Made by a program: the position numbers and the translations under genes. The notes under the pieces are model-generated. The model was not told where the DNA came from. It worked only from the letters and a program-made list of their open reading frames with translations, and ran no database searches. Below are positions 48,281-58,779 of a stretch of 64,000 nt of DNA, one piece after another. Origin of the DNA: a virus (Duplodnaviria; Caudoviricetes); the IMG/VR virus record IMGVR_UViG_2546826724_000006, positions 23,029 to 87,028 of that record; one strand, given 5' to 3'. Position 1 is the first letter of the stretch. Every line of letters begins with the position of its first letter.

Positions 48281-50302
48281 ATGAAGCGTCTCGCTTTCAC
48301 GCTGCTCGCGCTCCTGTTCGCCTCCTGCGAGGTAGCCGCGCAGTCGTCGCCGAACTTCTCCTACGGGCAGGTCCCGACCGCCAAGCAGTGGAACGACGCC
48401 TTCGCATCGAAACAGGACCGCCTGACGTTTGCCCCGCTCAATCCGGCCGGCGGCACGATGCAGGGCAGGCTGCAGACGGCGCCTTCAACCGTCAATGCGG
48501 CGGGTCTGTCCATCATGCCCGGGACCGCTCCGAATGCGCCGGTCAATGGCGATATCTGGGCTACGACGGTCGGCCTCTACAGCCGCGTGGGAGGTCGCAC
48601 GCTGGCGATCCCTGGCCTTGACCAAGCCACGGGCGCGCTGATCGTCCCGAACGGCCCCACCCTCGGCACCTACCAGAACGGCCAGTACACCTCTCAGCCG
48701 GATGCGATCCAGCTTCAGAGCGGGGGGCTGACGTGCGCCGCTGGCGCGACCTGTGATGTCACTCCAGGGAAGGTCACAGCTACGGGCGCCAGCGCCGGCC
48801 AGACCCTCGGCGGCTGGTTTTCCAGCCTCGTATTCGGCACGCCGACCGTCACGAGCCTGCGCGCCTACTCGCGCCTGTTCATTGCTCCGAACAGCCTCAT
48901 CACGGTCGGCGGCTACACGTCGCTGGGGGATGGTGGCGGCGGCTCCTTCTACTGGTCGAATACCTCGACCGCGACCGACGACGGCGTGCTCGTCATAAAC
49001 CCGACCGGGAACGGCGGGGCTGGCCGCTGGCTGCGCATCTTCAATGGGAGGCTCCCTGTTGAGGCCGCAGGGGCTCTATGCGATGGTGGTTCCAACGACA
49101 CTGTTCCATTTCAAAAGGCGATCAATGTCCTCGGCGCCCAACCTCGCGGCGGCATCGCGGAGATCGGCGCGAAGGCGTGCGTCATCAGCGGAACGCTGAA
49201 CGCGCAGGTCTCAAACGTCGCCCTTGAGGGCAAGGGAGCGTCATCCGCACTGATCGTCAATTTCCCGGCCGGGGATGTTATCCGATTTGGCTCCGATACG
49301 GCACAGTACTCGAATTTCACGATCCGTGACTTCGTTATCGCGTCTTCGGTATCTAGGACTTCGGGAGCCGCAATCAACGATTATAACGGCGTCAATCTCG
49401 TTGTTCGAGGCGTGCGTCTGATCGGTGGCTACGATGGGATCGTGGCCGACAGCAAAAACTCTTCCTTTAATCAAGCGCAGTTAAGGATTGAGAACGTCAT
49501 CGCTGAAGGACTCACAAACGAGTGCTTCTCGTTTGGGAGAAATTCGGCAACGACGGCCACGAATAGCGATGGGTCGGCTAGTCCGGCTCTATTCGTAAAT
49601 GGCGTGTACGTTCTAAATAGCGTCGCCTCGAACTGCGGGACTGGGGCGGCTCTGTACAGCATATCTGGCGGATATTTCAGCGGTCTTGAGGTCTACAAAT
49701 CCGTTAACAATGGGATCGTTTTTGCTCCGACCACTGCGCATCTCGGCATTCAGGGTGTCTGGTTTAATCAGACCCTAGCGGATAGTAGCGCGGCGAGCGG
49801 TTGGTATGTCGCTGGCACTGGAAAAATCGGTGAAGTCAAAATCACGGCGTCGCAGGCCAGCACGAGCGGCGCCCATGGGTTTGATATAGAGCCAGGCACG
49901 AACCTCGACAGCTTATGGCTTACCGACTTCCAGTCGACAGCCAACGGCCAGCACGGCTTGCGGATTGGAGGCGGCGCCAACGTCAACGTCCGTGGCGGCG
50001 AGTACTATTACAACGGCAACGGCCCCGGTGGCGTCGGCATAGCGGTCGAAAACAACGTGAAGGGCTTCAGCATCACCGGGATCAACAGCGGTCTCGGCGG
50101 CTGGGCGAAGCTCAACATCACAGACCTGACCAATCAGGGCAAGCCGATGAAGCAGACAAACTGCATCTACGTCGTCGGCCCAGCTAACGACAACTATAAC
50201 ATCACGAGCAACCGCTGCATGGGCAACACGTCCACGAACGATCAGCTTCACGACGGCGGCACCGGAACCAATAAGGTCGTATCCGGCAATCTGACGTACT
50301 GA
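48281..50302 (+). CDS. Tailspike-like beta-helix protein (putative depolymerase)
   Basis: GY..GDGGGG.F.W..DDG, GA.CDG..NDT..FQKAI, Gly/Asn-rich beta-helix repeats. Confidence 0.8.
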   Translation: MKRLAFTLLALLFASCEVAAQSSPNFSYGQVPTAKQWNDAFASKQDRLTFAPLNPAGGTMQGRLQTAPSTVNAAGLSIMPGTAPNAPVNGDIWATTVGLYSRVGGRTLAIPGLDQATGALIVPNGPTLGTYQNGQYTSQPDAIQLQSGGLTCAAGATCDVTPGKVTATGASAGQTLGGWFSSLVFGTPTVTSLRAYSRLFIAPNSLITVGGYTSLGDGGGGSFYWSNTSTATDDGVLVINPTGNGGAGRWLRIFNGRLPVEAAGALCDGGSNDTVPFQKAINVLGAQPRGGIAEIGAKACVISGTLNAQVSNVALEGKGASSALIVNFPAGDVIRFGSDTAQYSNFTIRDFVIASSVSRTSGAAINDYNGVNLVVRGVRLIGGYDGIVADSKNSSFNQAQLRIENVIAEGLTNECFSFGRNSATTATNSDGSASPALFVNGVYVLNSVASNCGTGAALYSISGGYFSGLEVYKSVNNGIVFAPTTAHLGIQGVWFNQTLADSSAASGWYVAGTGKIGEVKITASQASTSGAHGFDIEPGTNLDSLWLTDFQSTANGQHGLRIGGGANVNVRGGEYYYNGNGPGGVGIAVENNVKGFSITGINSGLGGWAKLNITDLTNQGKPMKQTNCIYVVGPANDNYNITSNRCMGNTSTNDQLHDGGTGTNKVVSGNLTY

Positions 50303-50335
50303 TGGCCCTGGGCCTTCCCTTGATCTGAGCAGCCC

Positions 50336-52905
50336 ATGGCGATCACCGCTAGCAGCCCCGACGCGTTCTTCGACGGGGAGGATTTCGCATGGCAGCAGAC
50401 CATCCTTCAGGAGGATGGCGTGACGCCGCTGGACCTGACCGGATCGCGCCTGTTCGTGCGGTTCTGGGACGTGTCCAAGACGCTCGTGGGCGTCTGCGAT
50501 AGCGGGCTGACGGACGGGTCTCTGGTGATCGCGCCGGGTACGGGCGGCGTGGCGTCGTTCCTGATCCCTGCCGCCGGCCGGACATGGAAGCCGCAGTTCC
50601 TCGGGTTCCTGCGGCTGAGCATGCAGACCGACGTCATCGGCGACCTCTACCGCTACGCGCCCGGCTCATCCTCGCCTCGGGGCATCTGTCGGATCGACTT
50701 TACGGTCCTGCCCGGCACGGGGGCGTCCTCGTGAGCGGCGGCGTCTCGCTTCCCCGCTTCACCGTAACCGCACGCCAGCGTCCCAATGTGGCCGTGGCTG
50801 CGCAGGGAAGGCCCGTGGTGGCATCCGTGGTGGTTCGGGGACAACAGGGCGCTCGGGGCGAGACGGGCCTCCAGGGGCCTCCTGGCGTCAGTCTCGGCTT
50901 CGGCGACATCATCTACACCGACCGCACGTCAGGGCCCGAGGATCGGTTCGAGGCGAACGTCCGGCAGCAGGTCCGCTTCTCCGGTGCGACCACGACGGTG
51001 ATGGACAAGCTGCTGCCTCCCTTCGTGGGGCACCAGTTCCTCGTCAATGACCGGCTGATGGCGCGGGCGCTCAACGACGTCTACCACATCCGGATCAACC
51101 TGATCGTCTCGGCGGATGCGGCCAGCACCCGGCTGAAGATGGATTGCGACGCGCAGTCGGCCTTCGGCCCGCTGCAGGCGGACGACAGCACCCTGTTCTC
51201 CTCGGCCGGAGTCCCCGAGCGGGTGACGTTCAGCTTCGCCATTCAGGTGCAGGGCAACACCCTCGCCAACGGCGCCGCCTTCTACCTCACCAGCACGCAG
51301 CCCGTGACCGTGCTGAGCGAGACCCTATTCATCATCCCCGCGACGGTGCAGCCCGAGACCGTGTGATGATTTGTGTGTGGTATGACCCCGACTGTGATCA
51401 GATCTGGGTTTCGGGGCAGGAGCAGTCCTATGCCCGGCGCTCGCTCGTGGCTGGGACGACCAACGGCAACATCACCGTGATGATGAAGGCCGCGGCGGCC
51501 GGCGACTACGTCGTCAACACGCCGTGGGCAAACGTCGGCAACTGCGACGGGGAGCCGTTCCCCGATCAGGCATCGGTGCTCGCGTACCTGCAGGGCGAGT
51601 TCGCCAAGAGCGAGCCGGTCAGGCCGCCGCCGGCCCCCTATCCGCTGACCGGCGCTGCCAGCTTCGCCATCAATCACGGCCTGTCCTACGCGCCGAGCGC
51701 GACCATCGTCGATCCTGACGGAGCCGAGGTCGACACCGACGTCGCCCATGCCCCGGGCCTGACGACCCTGACCTTCGCCCAGCCATTCACCGGAACCCTC
51801 TACCTGGGATAAGCGCATGTCTCGGAAAATCGGCAACGGCCTCGACCTTCAGAACCAGCGCATCCAGAACCTCGGGACGGGTTCGCAGCCGACCGATGCG
51901 GTCAATCTCGCGCAGGTTCAGTCGCTGCTGGCGGGCCTGTCGTGGCACGGCGCGGTCCGCGTGGCCTCCACCGGCAACATCAACCTCGCATCGCCCGGCG
52001 CGGCGATCGATGGCGTCACGTTGGCGGCCGGCAACCGCTTTCTCGCCAAGGACCAGACGGCAGGCGCTGAGAATGGCGTCTACGTGTGGAACGGGGCGTC
52101 TGTGGCGGCCACACGCGCCGCGGATGGCGTCACGGGTACGCTGAACGCGGGCGCGGCCTTCTACGTCGATGAGGGCACGGTCAACGCCGACACGGCCTTC
52201 ACCGTCACCACCGACGACACGATCACTGTCGGCACGACGGCCATCGCCTTCGCCAAGTTCGGCGCTGGCATCGCCTACACGGCTGGGACGGGCCTCACCC
52301 TCACGGGCACGCAGTTCGCGATCAACACGACGGTCGTAGCCCGGAAGTTCTCAACCAACGTCGGCGACGGATCCTCGACCACGATCACGGTATCCCACAA
52401 CCTCGGCACGCTCGACGTCGTGGCGCAGCTCTATCTGGTGAGCACGGGGGAGACGGTGGAGACCGACACCGTTCGTCCCAGCACCGGTACGGTCGCCTTC
52501 ACGTTCGCCACTGCCCCGGCGGCCGGCGCCCTCCGTGCCGTGATCACGGGCTGAGCGATGCCCCGAAAGCAGCTCGGAAAGGCTGCGGCTGCCGCCAACG
52601 ACCTGATGACCCGGGCGGACGTGCTGGCGGTTCTGCCGCGCGTTCGAACCTTCACCGGGACGTGCAACAGCAGCGGCGTAGCGACGATCTCGTTCGGGGC
52701 CAGCACCTACAGCGCCGTCCCGTTCGCGTGGCTGATTGAGGACTGGAACGCCAATGGTCAGATGATCTGCGGGAAGGTGACGGCGACCACCGCGACCGGC
52801 TGCACCGTCCAGGGGATGATCTCTCAGGGCACGCTGCTGCTCAACACCAACCCGTTCACGACGGCTCCGAATGGGACCGTGGTGACGGTGGCGGTGATTG
52901 GGTAG
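50336..52905 (+). CDS. Five coupled accessory structural/fibre genes (50336-50734, 50731-51366, 51366-51812, 51817-52554, 52558-52905)
   Basis: Coupled ORFs; short collagen-like GxxG run; IDGVTL..R.L.KDQT..ENGVYV and HNLG motifs. Confidence 0.7.
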
Positions 52906-53118
52906 GCGGTGGAGATCGTCTGCTGGCGCAACGAGTACCGCATGCCCGATGGATCGCGACGGTTCGGGCTTCCGGCTTGGACAAGAGATGACGCGGTCCG
53001 GCACGGCGCCGAGGTCCAGGGCACCACGGGAGCCCTCGCTGTCTTCCGATGGCGGATCGTGACCCGGCCAGTGCGCTCGGCCACCTAAGGCCGCTTTCTC
53101 GCAAAATTTGAGGCTTTG

Positions 53119-53604
53119 ATGGTCCGCACTCTCGTGGCGCTGGCGCTCTGCGCGCTGGCCTCTCCAGCCATGGCCGCCAGCGACGGCACCGAGCCCGATC
53201 CGGTGCTGACACCGGGGGCAGTGGAGACGCAGTCTGTCGACATCATCTGCCATCACAAGACGGGCGAGCGCCGGCACGCCACCGCTGCGGAGAAGGCGGC
53301 TGTCTACAAGGCGTATGGGCTCGCCAACCGGCATGATGGGTTCTGCGCTGGCCCGCGAGGCTGTGACCTAGACGACCGCGTGCCGATCGAATGCGGCGGC
53401 AGCAACGAGCCTGCCAACCTGTGGCCGCAGACGGGATCCGGTCCGTACAATCAGGTCCAGAAGAACAAGCTGGAAGGGCTGTGCCATCGCCTCGTGTGCG
53501 CAGGCACGATCACTCCGGCCGAGGGGCAGGCGTGGTTCCTCGGCGACTGGAAGGCTGAGTACGACCGGCGCTTCGGCGTGGCCCATGCTGGAGCCACCCA
53601 GTGA
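53119..53604 (+). CDS. Secreted HNH-like protein
   Basis: Signal peptide; PDP.LTPGA, DLDDRVPIECGGSN..NLWPQ..KNKLE. Confidence 0.7.
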   Translation: MVRTLVALALCALASPAMAASDGTEPDPVLTPGAVETQSVDIICHHKTGERRHATAAEKAAVYKAYGLANRHDGFCAGPRGCDLDDRVPIECGGSNEPANLWPQTGSGPYNQVQKNKLEGLCHRLVCAGTITPAEGQAWFLGDWKAEYDRRFGVAHAGATQ

Positions 53605-54113
53605 CGGCGCTCTTCCTGCAGAAGGTCAGCGTCTACGGCCCGCGCCTGATGCACGACGTCGGCCTGTCCGACCTCGATGCCGCTGCCGTGTACGGCAACG
53701 TGGGCCACGAATGCGCGGGCTTCACAGCCTACCACGAGGGCGGCCAGCCGTCCCGCTACGGTGGGGTGTCCTGGTGCCAGTGGACGGGCGCCCGCCGTCG
53801 CCTCTTTGAGGCTTGGTGCCGTCAGCATGGCGTCGCGCTCACATCCGACGCGGCAGGCTACGGCTTTCTCGTCCACGAACTGACCGGCACCGAAGCTGGC
53901 GCCATCGCGGCGATGCGGCGGCACTCGTCGCTTGAGGCCAAAGTCGCGGCCTTCGAAGCTGAATTTGAGCGCGCCCGGGTCAAGGCGATTTCGCGTCGGG
54001 TCGTCTGGGCGAGGCTCGCCTTGTCGGCCCTGCATCCCGGCCATCCTGCGACCATTGCGCCGTCCAAGGTCGCGCGCCGCAAGCCGATCGCCGACAAGCA
54101 CCGAGGACACTGA
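53601..54113 (+). CDS. Phage tail lysozyme-like muramidase
   Basis: AAAVYGNVGHEC, GG.SWCQWTGARR, FLVHEL, FER. Confidence 0.8.
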   Translation: MTALFLQKVSVYGPRLMHDVGLSDLDAAAVYGNVGHECAGFTAYHEGGQPSRYGGVSWCQWTGARRRLFEAWCRQHGVALTSDAAGYGFLVHELTGTEAGAIAAMRRHSSLEAKVAAFEAEFERARVKAISRRVVWARLALSALHPGHPATIAPSKVARRKPIADKHRGH

Positions 54114-54784
54114 TGGTAGAGGTCAACATCGTCGCCGTGCAGAAGGCGCTCACGGCCAAAGGCTTCAAGCTTGAAGCGGATGGCGTCTGGGGCCGCAAGT
54201 CGATTGACGCGCTCAAGGCATTCCAGGCGAAGAACCGCCTTCTGGTGGATGGCGTCATTGGGCCGGCATCGCTCGATGCGCTCGGCCTATCGCGGACGGC
54301 CCCGATGGTCCCTGTCTGGCTGACCGAGGCTCGCCGCAAGATGGGCCTGCACGAGAAGCGCGACAACGCCGAGTTGCGGGCCTTCCTCAAGAGCGACGGC
54401 CACACGCTCGGCGATCCTGCAAAGCTCCCGTGGTGCGGCGACTTCGTGCAGACGTGCATTGACCTGACGCTGCCGGACGAGGCGATCCCGACCAACCCGT
54501 ACTGGGCGCTGAACTGGCTCAAGTTCGGCCGGGCGCTGAAGACGCCCGCCCTCGGCGCCGTTATGGTGTTTTCGCGCGACGGCGGCGGCCACGTCGGCTT
54601 CTACGTCGGCGAGAGAAAGGCCGACTACCGCATCTGCGGCGGCAACCAGACGAATGCCATCACCGAGGCGTGGATCTCCAAGGCTGGGTTCAAGGGCGCT
54701 CGTTGGCCGAAGACCTCGCCGCTGCCGTCAGGCGGCCGGGTCATGCTCTCCGATAAGGGGGCTCCCATCACCGAGCTGTCGTGA
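54113..54784 (+). CDS. Endolysin: PG-binding + TIGR02594/NlpC-P60-like domain
   Basis: DGVWG..FQ..L.VDGVIGP; PWCGDFV, GGGHVGFY, GGNQ. Confidence 0.9.
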   Translation: MVEVNIVAVQKALTAKGFKLEADGVWGRKSIDALKAFQAKNRLLVDGVIGPASLDALGLSRTAPMVPVWLTEARRKMGLHEKRDNAELRAFLKSDGHTLGDPAKLPWCGDFVQTCIDLTLPDEAIPTNPYWALNWLKFGRALKTPALGAVMVFSRDGGGHVGFYVGERKADYRICGGNQTNAITEAWISKAGFKGARWPKTSPLPSGGRVMLSDKGAPITELS

Positions 54785-55384
54785 CCGGCGCGCCCTGACA
54801 GGCGTTTTCAAAGCTTTATCCAACGCCCACCCGTGGATGCCAAGGCGAGACAGAAGAGTGCCGTAGTTTATGCCGTACCGTTCCGCGGCTTCGACAAGCG
54901 GCATTCGCAAACCATCAACTTCCACGATCCGATTTGTGCGTGTGTTGCGAGCCTGTCTCTTCTTGGTAGCCCAAACACAGTTCTGTTTATTGTACCCCTG
55001 ATCGTTGTGCATGCGATCAAGGGTGTGATCCTTTGGGCGTGGTCCCATATCCCGGTAGAACGCCTCGAAGCTCTCGCGCCACTCATCGCAAACAGCGATC
55101 CCCCGACCGCCGTAGCGATGATAGTCGGGGCGGCGCGGGTCATGGCACCTGCGCTTCATATCGGTCCAGATCCGAAATTCGGTTGAGCGCGTCATGCCGT
55201 GAACGGTGACGGCTTTGAGCAGGGCCTTGTTCGTCATCTGTCGGCCGATGCAGCCGCAGCTCTTCGACTTGCCTTCCCGGAGATCGTAAGCGGGTACATG
55301 CCGGACAGTGCCGCAATCGCATCGGCAGAGCAGTCGCCCCTTCTTCTCAAGGGTCGTGGTCCAAGCGCCGTAGCGGATTTCCAT
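54728..55384 (-). CDS. Free-standing HNH homing endonuclease
   Basis: CRCDCG, KSCGC, W..MKRRC, YGGRGI.VC, TLDR..N..Y...NC.WAT...Q.RN. Confidence 0.88.
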   Translation of the reverse strand: MEIRYGAWTTTLEKKGRLLCRCDCGTVRHVPAYDLREGKSKSCGCIGRQMTNKALLKAVTVHGMTRSTEFRIWTDMKRRCHDPRRPDYHRYGGRGIAVCDEWRESFEAFYRDMGPRPKDHTLDRMHNDQGYNKQNCVWATKKRQARNTRTNRIVEVDGLRMPLVEAAERYGINYGTLLSRLGIHGWALDKALKTPVRARRSRQLGDGSPLIGEHDPAA

Positions 55385-55566
55385 TGCTGATCCTCCACTT
55401 ACCGAAGGACACAATAGCATGGAAAACAGATTAGTGCCCGCGAAATCCGCCGTGAGCGCCGAATAATGGCCGATCACCCCGGCTGGCGGACCTTCTTCGC
55501 GCTGCTGTTCGGCTCTGCGGTGGCCTTGGCGATCCTGTTCAGCGTCGCGGCTCAGTTTCCGAGATG

Positions 55567-55752
55567 AGGTCAGTGCGGGCCGGGCTGGTTACCGACTGGC
55601 TCCCGTATTCGAGCTACGTCAGGTACTCCCGCGTGCAGGCCATCTCAGGCTTTACGGCGGGTCCTATTTGTTGAGCCTGCTTTCTTCCGGCGAAGTTCAT
55701 TTCCCGCGCCGGTCTACGTCGTGCCGGTCCATCCCGGCTGCCGCACTGACCT
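55567..55752 (-). ncRNA. Putative tRNA-like/c4-like structured RNA
   Basis: 12-bp closing stem AGGTCAGTGCGG/CCGCACTGACCT, flanking hairpins, upstream TTGCCT-16-TATATT promoter. Confidence 0.55.
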
Positions 55753-56001
55753 TCCGAATATAGCACTCCCGCGCGTCCAGGCAAAGCCGCCGCGCTCTCA
55801 GTCAAAGGCACGACCGCCTTTGCCCGGTTCCCGCGGGGCTTCAGAACCGGCCTAACCCGGCGCTAGCAGCGCACTTCGACCGCTTAACGCGGCTCTAGCC
55901 TCGCTCACGCGCCGCGCAAGAGCGGCTTCAGCCTGCCTCTGCACCCGTTCCCCAGCCGGCGGGGCCAGCCGAGCAACCCTTTCCAAATCGGAAACAGTTC
56001 A

Positions 56002-56487
56002 ATGACCCGCATTGCTCGGGCGCTGGCGTTCGCCTGCGTCCTTCTCCCGCTCGGCGCTTGCAACCTCACCGCCAGCCAGGGCCAGATCAACGACGCCCTG
56101 AACGGCGGCGTCACGAGTTCCTCCGGCCTCTCCGGCATCGGCCTCTCCACCGCCCAGATCCAGAAGGTCACAGCGATCATCAACCAGGTCCGCACGGCCA
56201 CCAAGACCGCCTGCGGCTACCTGCCGACTGTGACCTCGGTCCAGAACATCATCGTCGCCCTGAACCCCGACATCGCCTCCGTGAGCGTGCCGGTGACGAA
56301 GGTCGCGCAGATCGCCTGCACGGCGCTGAGCAACGCGGCTCCGACCTCCTACACGGCCGGCGAGGCGCCTGAGAAGGCGAAGAAGGCCCCCGCGAAGCCT
56401 GCCGAGCCGAAGGTCGGTGAGACCGTCACCAAGACGATCATCGTGAACGGCCAGCCCGTCGCCGTCACCGGCACGAAGATGAAGTGA
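56002..56487 (+). CDS. Lipoprotein in lysis region
   Basis: Lipobox LPLGAC after hydrophobic signal. Confidence 0.75.
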   Translation: MTRIARALAFACVLLPLGACNLTASQGQINDALNGGVTSSSGLSGIGLSTAQIQKVTAIINQVRTATKTACGYLPTVTSVQNIIVALNPDIASVSVPVTKVAQIACTALSNAAPTSYTAGEAPEKAKKAPAKPAEPKVGETVTKTIIVNGQPVAVTGTKMK

Positions 56488-56494
56488 GGCGGCC

Positions 56495-56731
56495 ATGGCT
56501 AAGCGCCAGTACGCAATCCCCGTTCCGTACACGACCAGCGCCGCGGACGGCATGAAGATCGGCATCGCGCTCGACATGCCGGAGGTGCAGGCCGCGCTTC
56601 CCCGCATCCGGCCGGCGATCGTCGAGAAGCTGCGCCGCGTCGGCGTCTTCCACCACGAGACCTTCTCCAGGGAGGAGCTGGACAGCATTCCAGCGGACCT
56701 CTGGAACCAGCTAGCGCCTCACCTCGGATAA
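56495..56731 (+). CDS. Hypothetical protein
   Basis: 78-aa ORF with GAGG RBS. Confidence 0.6.
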   Translation: MAKRQYAIPVPYTTSAADGMKIGIALDMPEVQAALPRIRPAIVEKLRRVGVFHHETFSREELDSIPADLWNQLAPHLG

Positions 56732-56735
56732 AGCC

Positions 56736-57068
56736 ATGACCCCGCAGACCCTTGCCGTCATCGGCACGTTCATCAGCTTCGTGGCAGGCATCCTCGCCAG
56801 CCGTGGGCTCATCAGCAAGGAAACCGCCGACTACCTCGCGAGCCCCGAAGCGCTGGCCGTCGTCGGAACGGTGCTCGGCGCCGCGGTCGCCGGCTATGGC
56901 CTGTGGCGCAATCGGCCGAAGGCGGTGATCGCCGATGCCGGCAAGGCCCTGACCGGCAAGGGCGCCATCATTGCCCCGGCGCCGATTGCCGACAGCACCG
57001 CGACGCCTTCCAACGTCGTCAAGTCGCTGGACGAGGCCAAGAAGCTCCCCGGCGTGCCGGCAGCCTGA
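56736..57068 (+). CDS. Putative holin
   Basis: Two TM segments, 110 aa, lysis region. Confidence 0.55.
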   Translation: MTPQTLAVIGTFISFVAGILASRGLISKETADYLASPEALAVVGTVLGAAVAGYGLWRNRPKAVIADAGKALTGKGAIIAPAPIADSTATPSNVVKSLDEAKKLPGVPAA

Positions 57069-57255
57069 TCTGAGCCGCCGTCGCCCGGCGAAAGGCGATG
57101 CAGCGTGGGGCAAGCCGATGTGCTTGGCGGCTTACGGCTCGCCCCACTGACCACTCCCGACGCGAGCAGCCCGCGCCAGAAATGGCTGGGCCCACCCTGT
57201 TCTAGGATGCACCTATGCCGCAAGCCGTTTCTGCCGACCGCCTAGGCGTCGCCTG

Positions 57256-58615
57256 ATGCCAGCGCCGGCCGAAGCCATCTCAACCGCTCAGAAGACCGCA
57301 GACGTCTTCCTAGCCCAAGGCCCGATGGGGGCCGTCGTCGTCGCAGAGAGCCTACTTCTCATCGTGGCGGGTTTCGCCATCTGGAAGCTCTACAGCGACA
57401 AGGAGGGGCTGATTTCCAAGCTCCTCCAAGTCGCCTCTGCGATGGAAGCCTCCAAGAACGCCACTGAGCGCTTCGAGGATGCTCTTCAGGCCCTCCGAGC
57501 CACCCTGGAAACCCGCGGGCAGACGGTCGCCGACCTCTCCCAGCGCGTCGAATTGATGGATCGCGATCTGAAACACGGACTGGGAAACCTGTCGGCCGCT
57601 CTGAACGGTATCGCCAACTTCCTGCAAAGGGGCCGCCGCAGCGCTCCGCTCCTGGGCTCATCTCGGGAACAGGATGATGAGTGGGGGCCTCGGTGATCGC
57701 GAGGCGCATCATGGCATGGATCCAGAACTGGCTGCACCCTCAGGACGCACGGCGTTTCGATGCCGTGCTTGCGGCTGAAGTCGAGGCAAAGGAGCGGGCG
57801 GGCCAAGCGGCGGAAGCCCTCGCCGAGACTGCCCGCGAACGGGGCCGCGATGCGAAGGACGTCCAAAACGAGATCCGACGCACCATCCGGCAGCACAGCG
57901 ACGTCGCAAGCCCGCTCGGAGGCACCACCAGCGACGTCCGCTCACTGGTCGAAACCGCACTGGCGCGAGTTCAGCCGCGCCCTGGTCAGAAAGGGTGAGC
58001 AAAGTGCCGTGGCGTACTGGGATCTATAACGACGATAGCCCCGAGAATGTCAGAAGCACGATCGGGTGGGTGTGCTTCCTTCTCATCATCGGCTACGTCT
58101 GTTTCAACGTCTTCTCCAAAAACAACGACGTCAACCTCGGCCTCGACACCATCATCGGCGTGCTGGGCCTCTACGTCGTGTTCAAGTACCTGCGCCGGTC
58201 GGTCATCACGATCCTGACCGGCTCGGGCGACGCCTCCGACTTCCTGATCGTCGGGGTGCTGTTGTCGTGGCTGAGCCAGTCCGGCCGGGCCGCCGGCAGC
58301 ATCGTCACCCGGCTTTCGGGCTTCGACCCCGCGTGGTTGAACTCCGAGTACTTCGGCATCGTGAAGCTCATCACGATCGTCGCGGCGGTGTGCCACGTCG
58401 TGCCGGCCGGTGCGATCAAGGCCAACGGCAGGGAGAGCGTCCCGGCGCCCTCTCGCTACGGGCTGGCTTTCACCTTCCTGATCTCGTTCGCCCTGGTCTT
58501 CGTCCTGCTGGCCTACAAGCCGGACCTCAAGCCCTGGGTTGATCGGATGCCAGCTTGGAGCCGCGACATGTTCCAGACCGGCCAGAAGGCTACGCCCGAA
58601 CCGAGCCACGGCTGA
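57256..58615 (+). CDS. Three coupled membrane/coiled-coil genes (57256-57696, about 57693-57998, 57995-58615)
   Basis: TM plus coiled coil; last gene is multi-TM. Confidence 0.65.
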
Positions 58616-58739
58616 TGCACCACTGCCCGCCCGACATGGGGCTCGTCGTCATGTGGTGCTCGCTGGCGCTGGGCTTGGGCCTCGTGATCGGGAACCTGAC
58701 GAAGCGGTAGCCGCCTCTCACATCGCTGTCTCTCTGCCC

Positions 58740-58770
58740 AACCGCCCGGCACCCGCCGAGGCGGTTTTTT
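58740..58770 (+). terminator. Intrinsic terminator ending late operon
   Basis: AACCGCC-CGGC-accc-GCCG-a-GGCGGTT followed by TTTT. Confidence 0.8.
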
Positions 58771-58779
58771 CGTGCTTGG

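Larger units (their letters stand above)
18..58770 (+). mobile_element. Prophage late region (contractile-tailed helper phage); true ends not visible in the window
   Basis: Co-oriented canonical order: antiterminator, terminase, portal, head, neck, sheath, tube, TMP, baseplate, fibre, lysis, then a terminator at 58740-58770. Confidence 0.95.

Noticed and set aside
55567-55752. Canonical tRNA or tmRNA
   Set aside because: No GTTC T-loop, anticodon arm, CCA end or tag reading frame recognised
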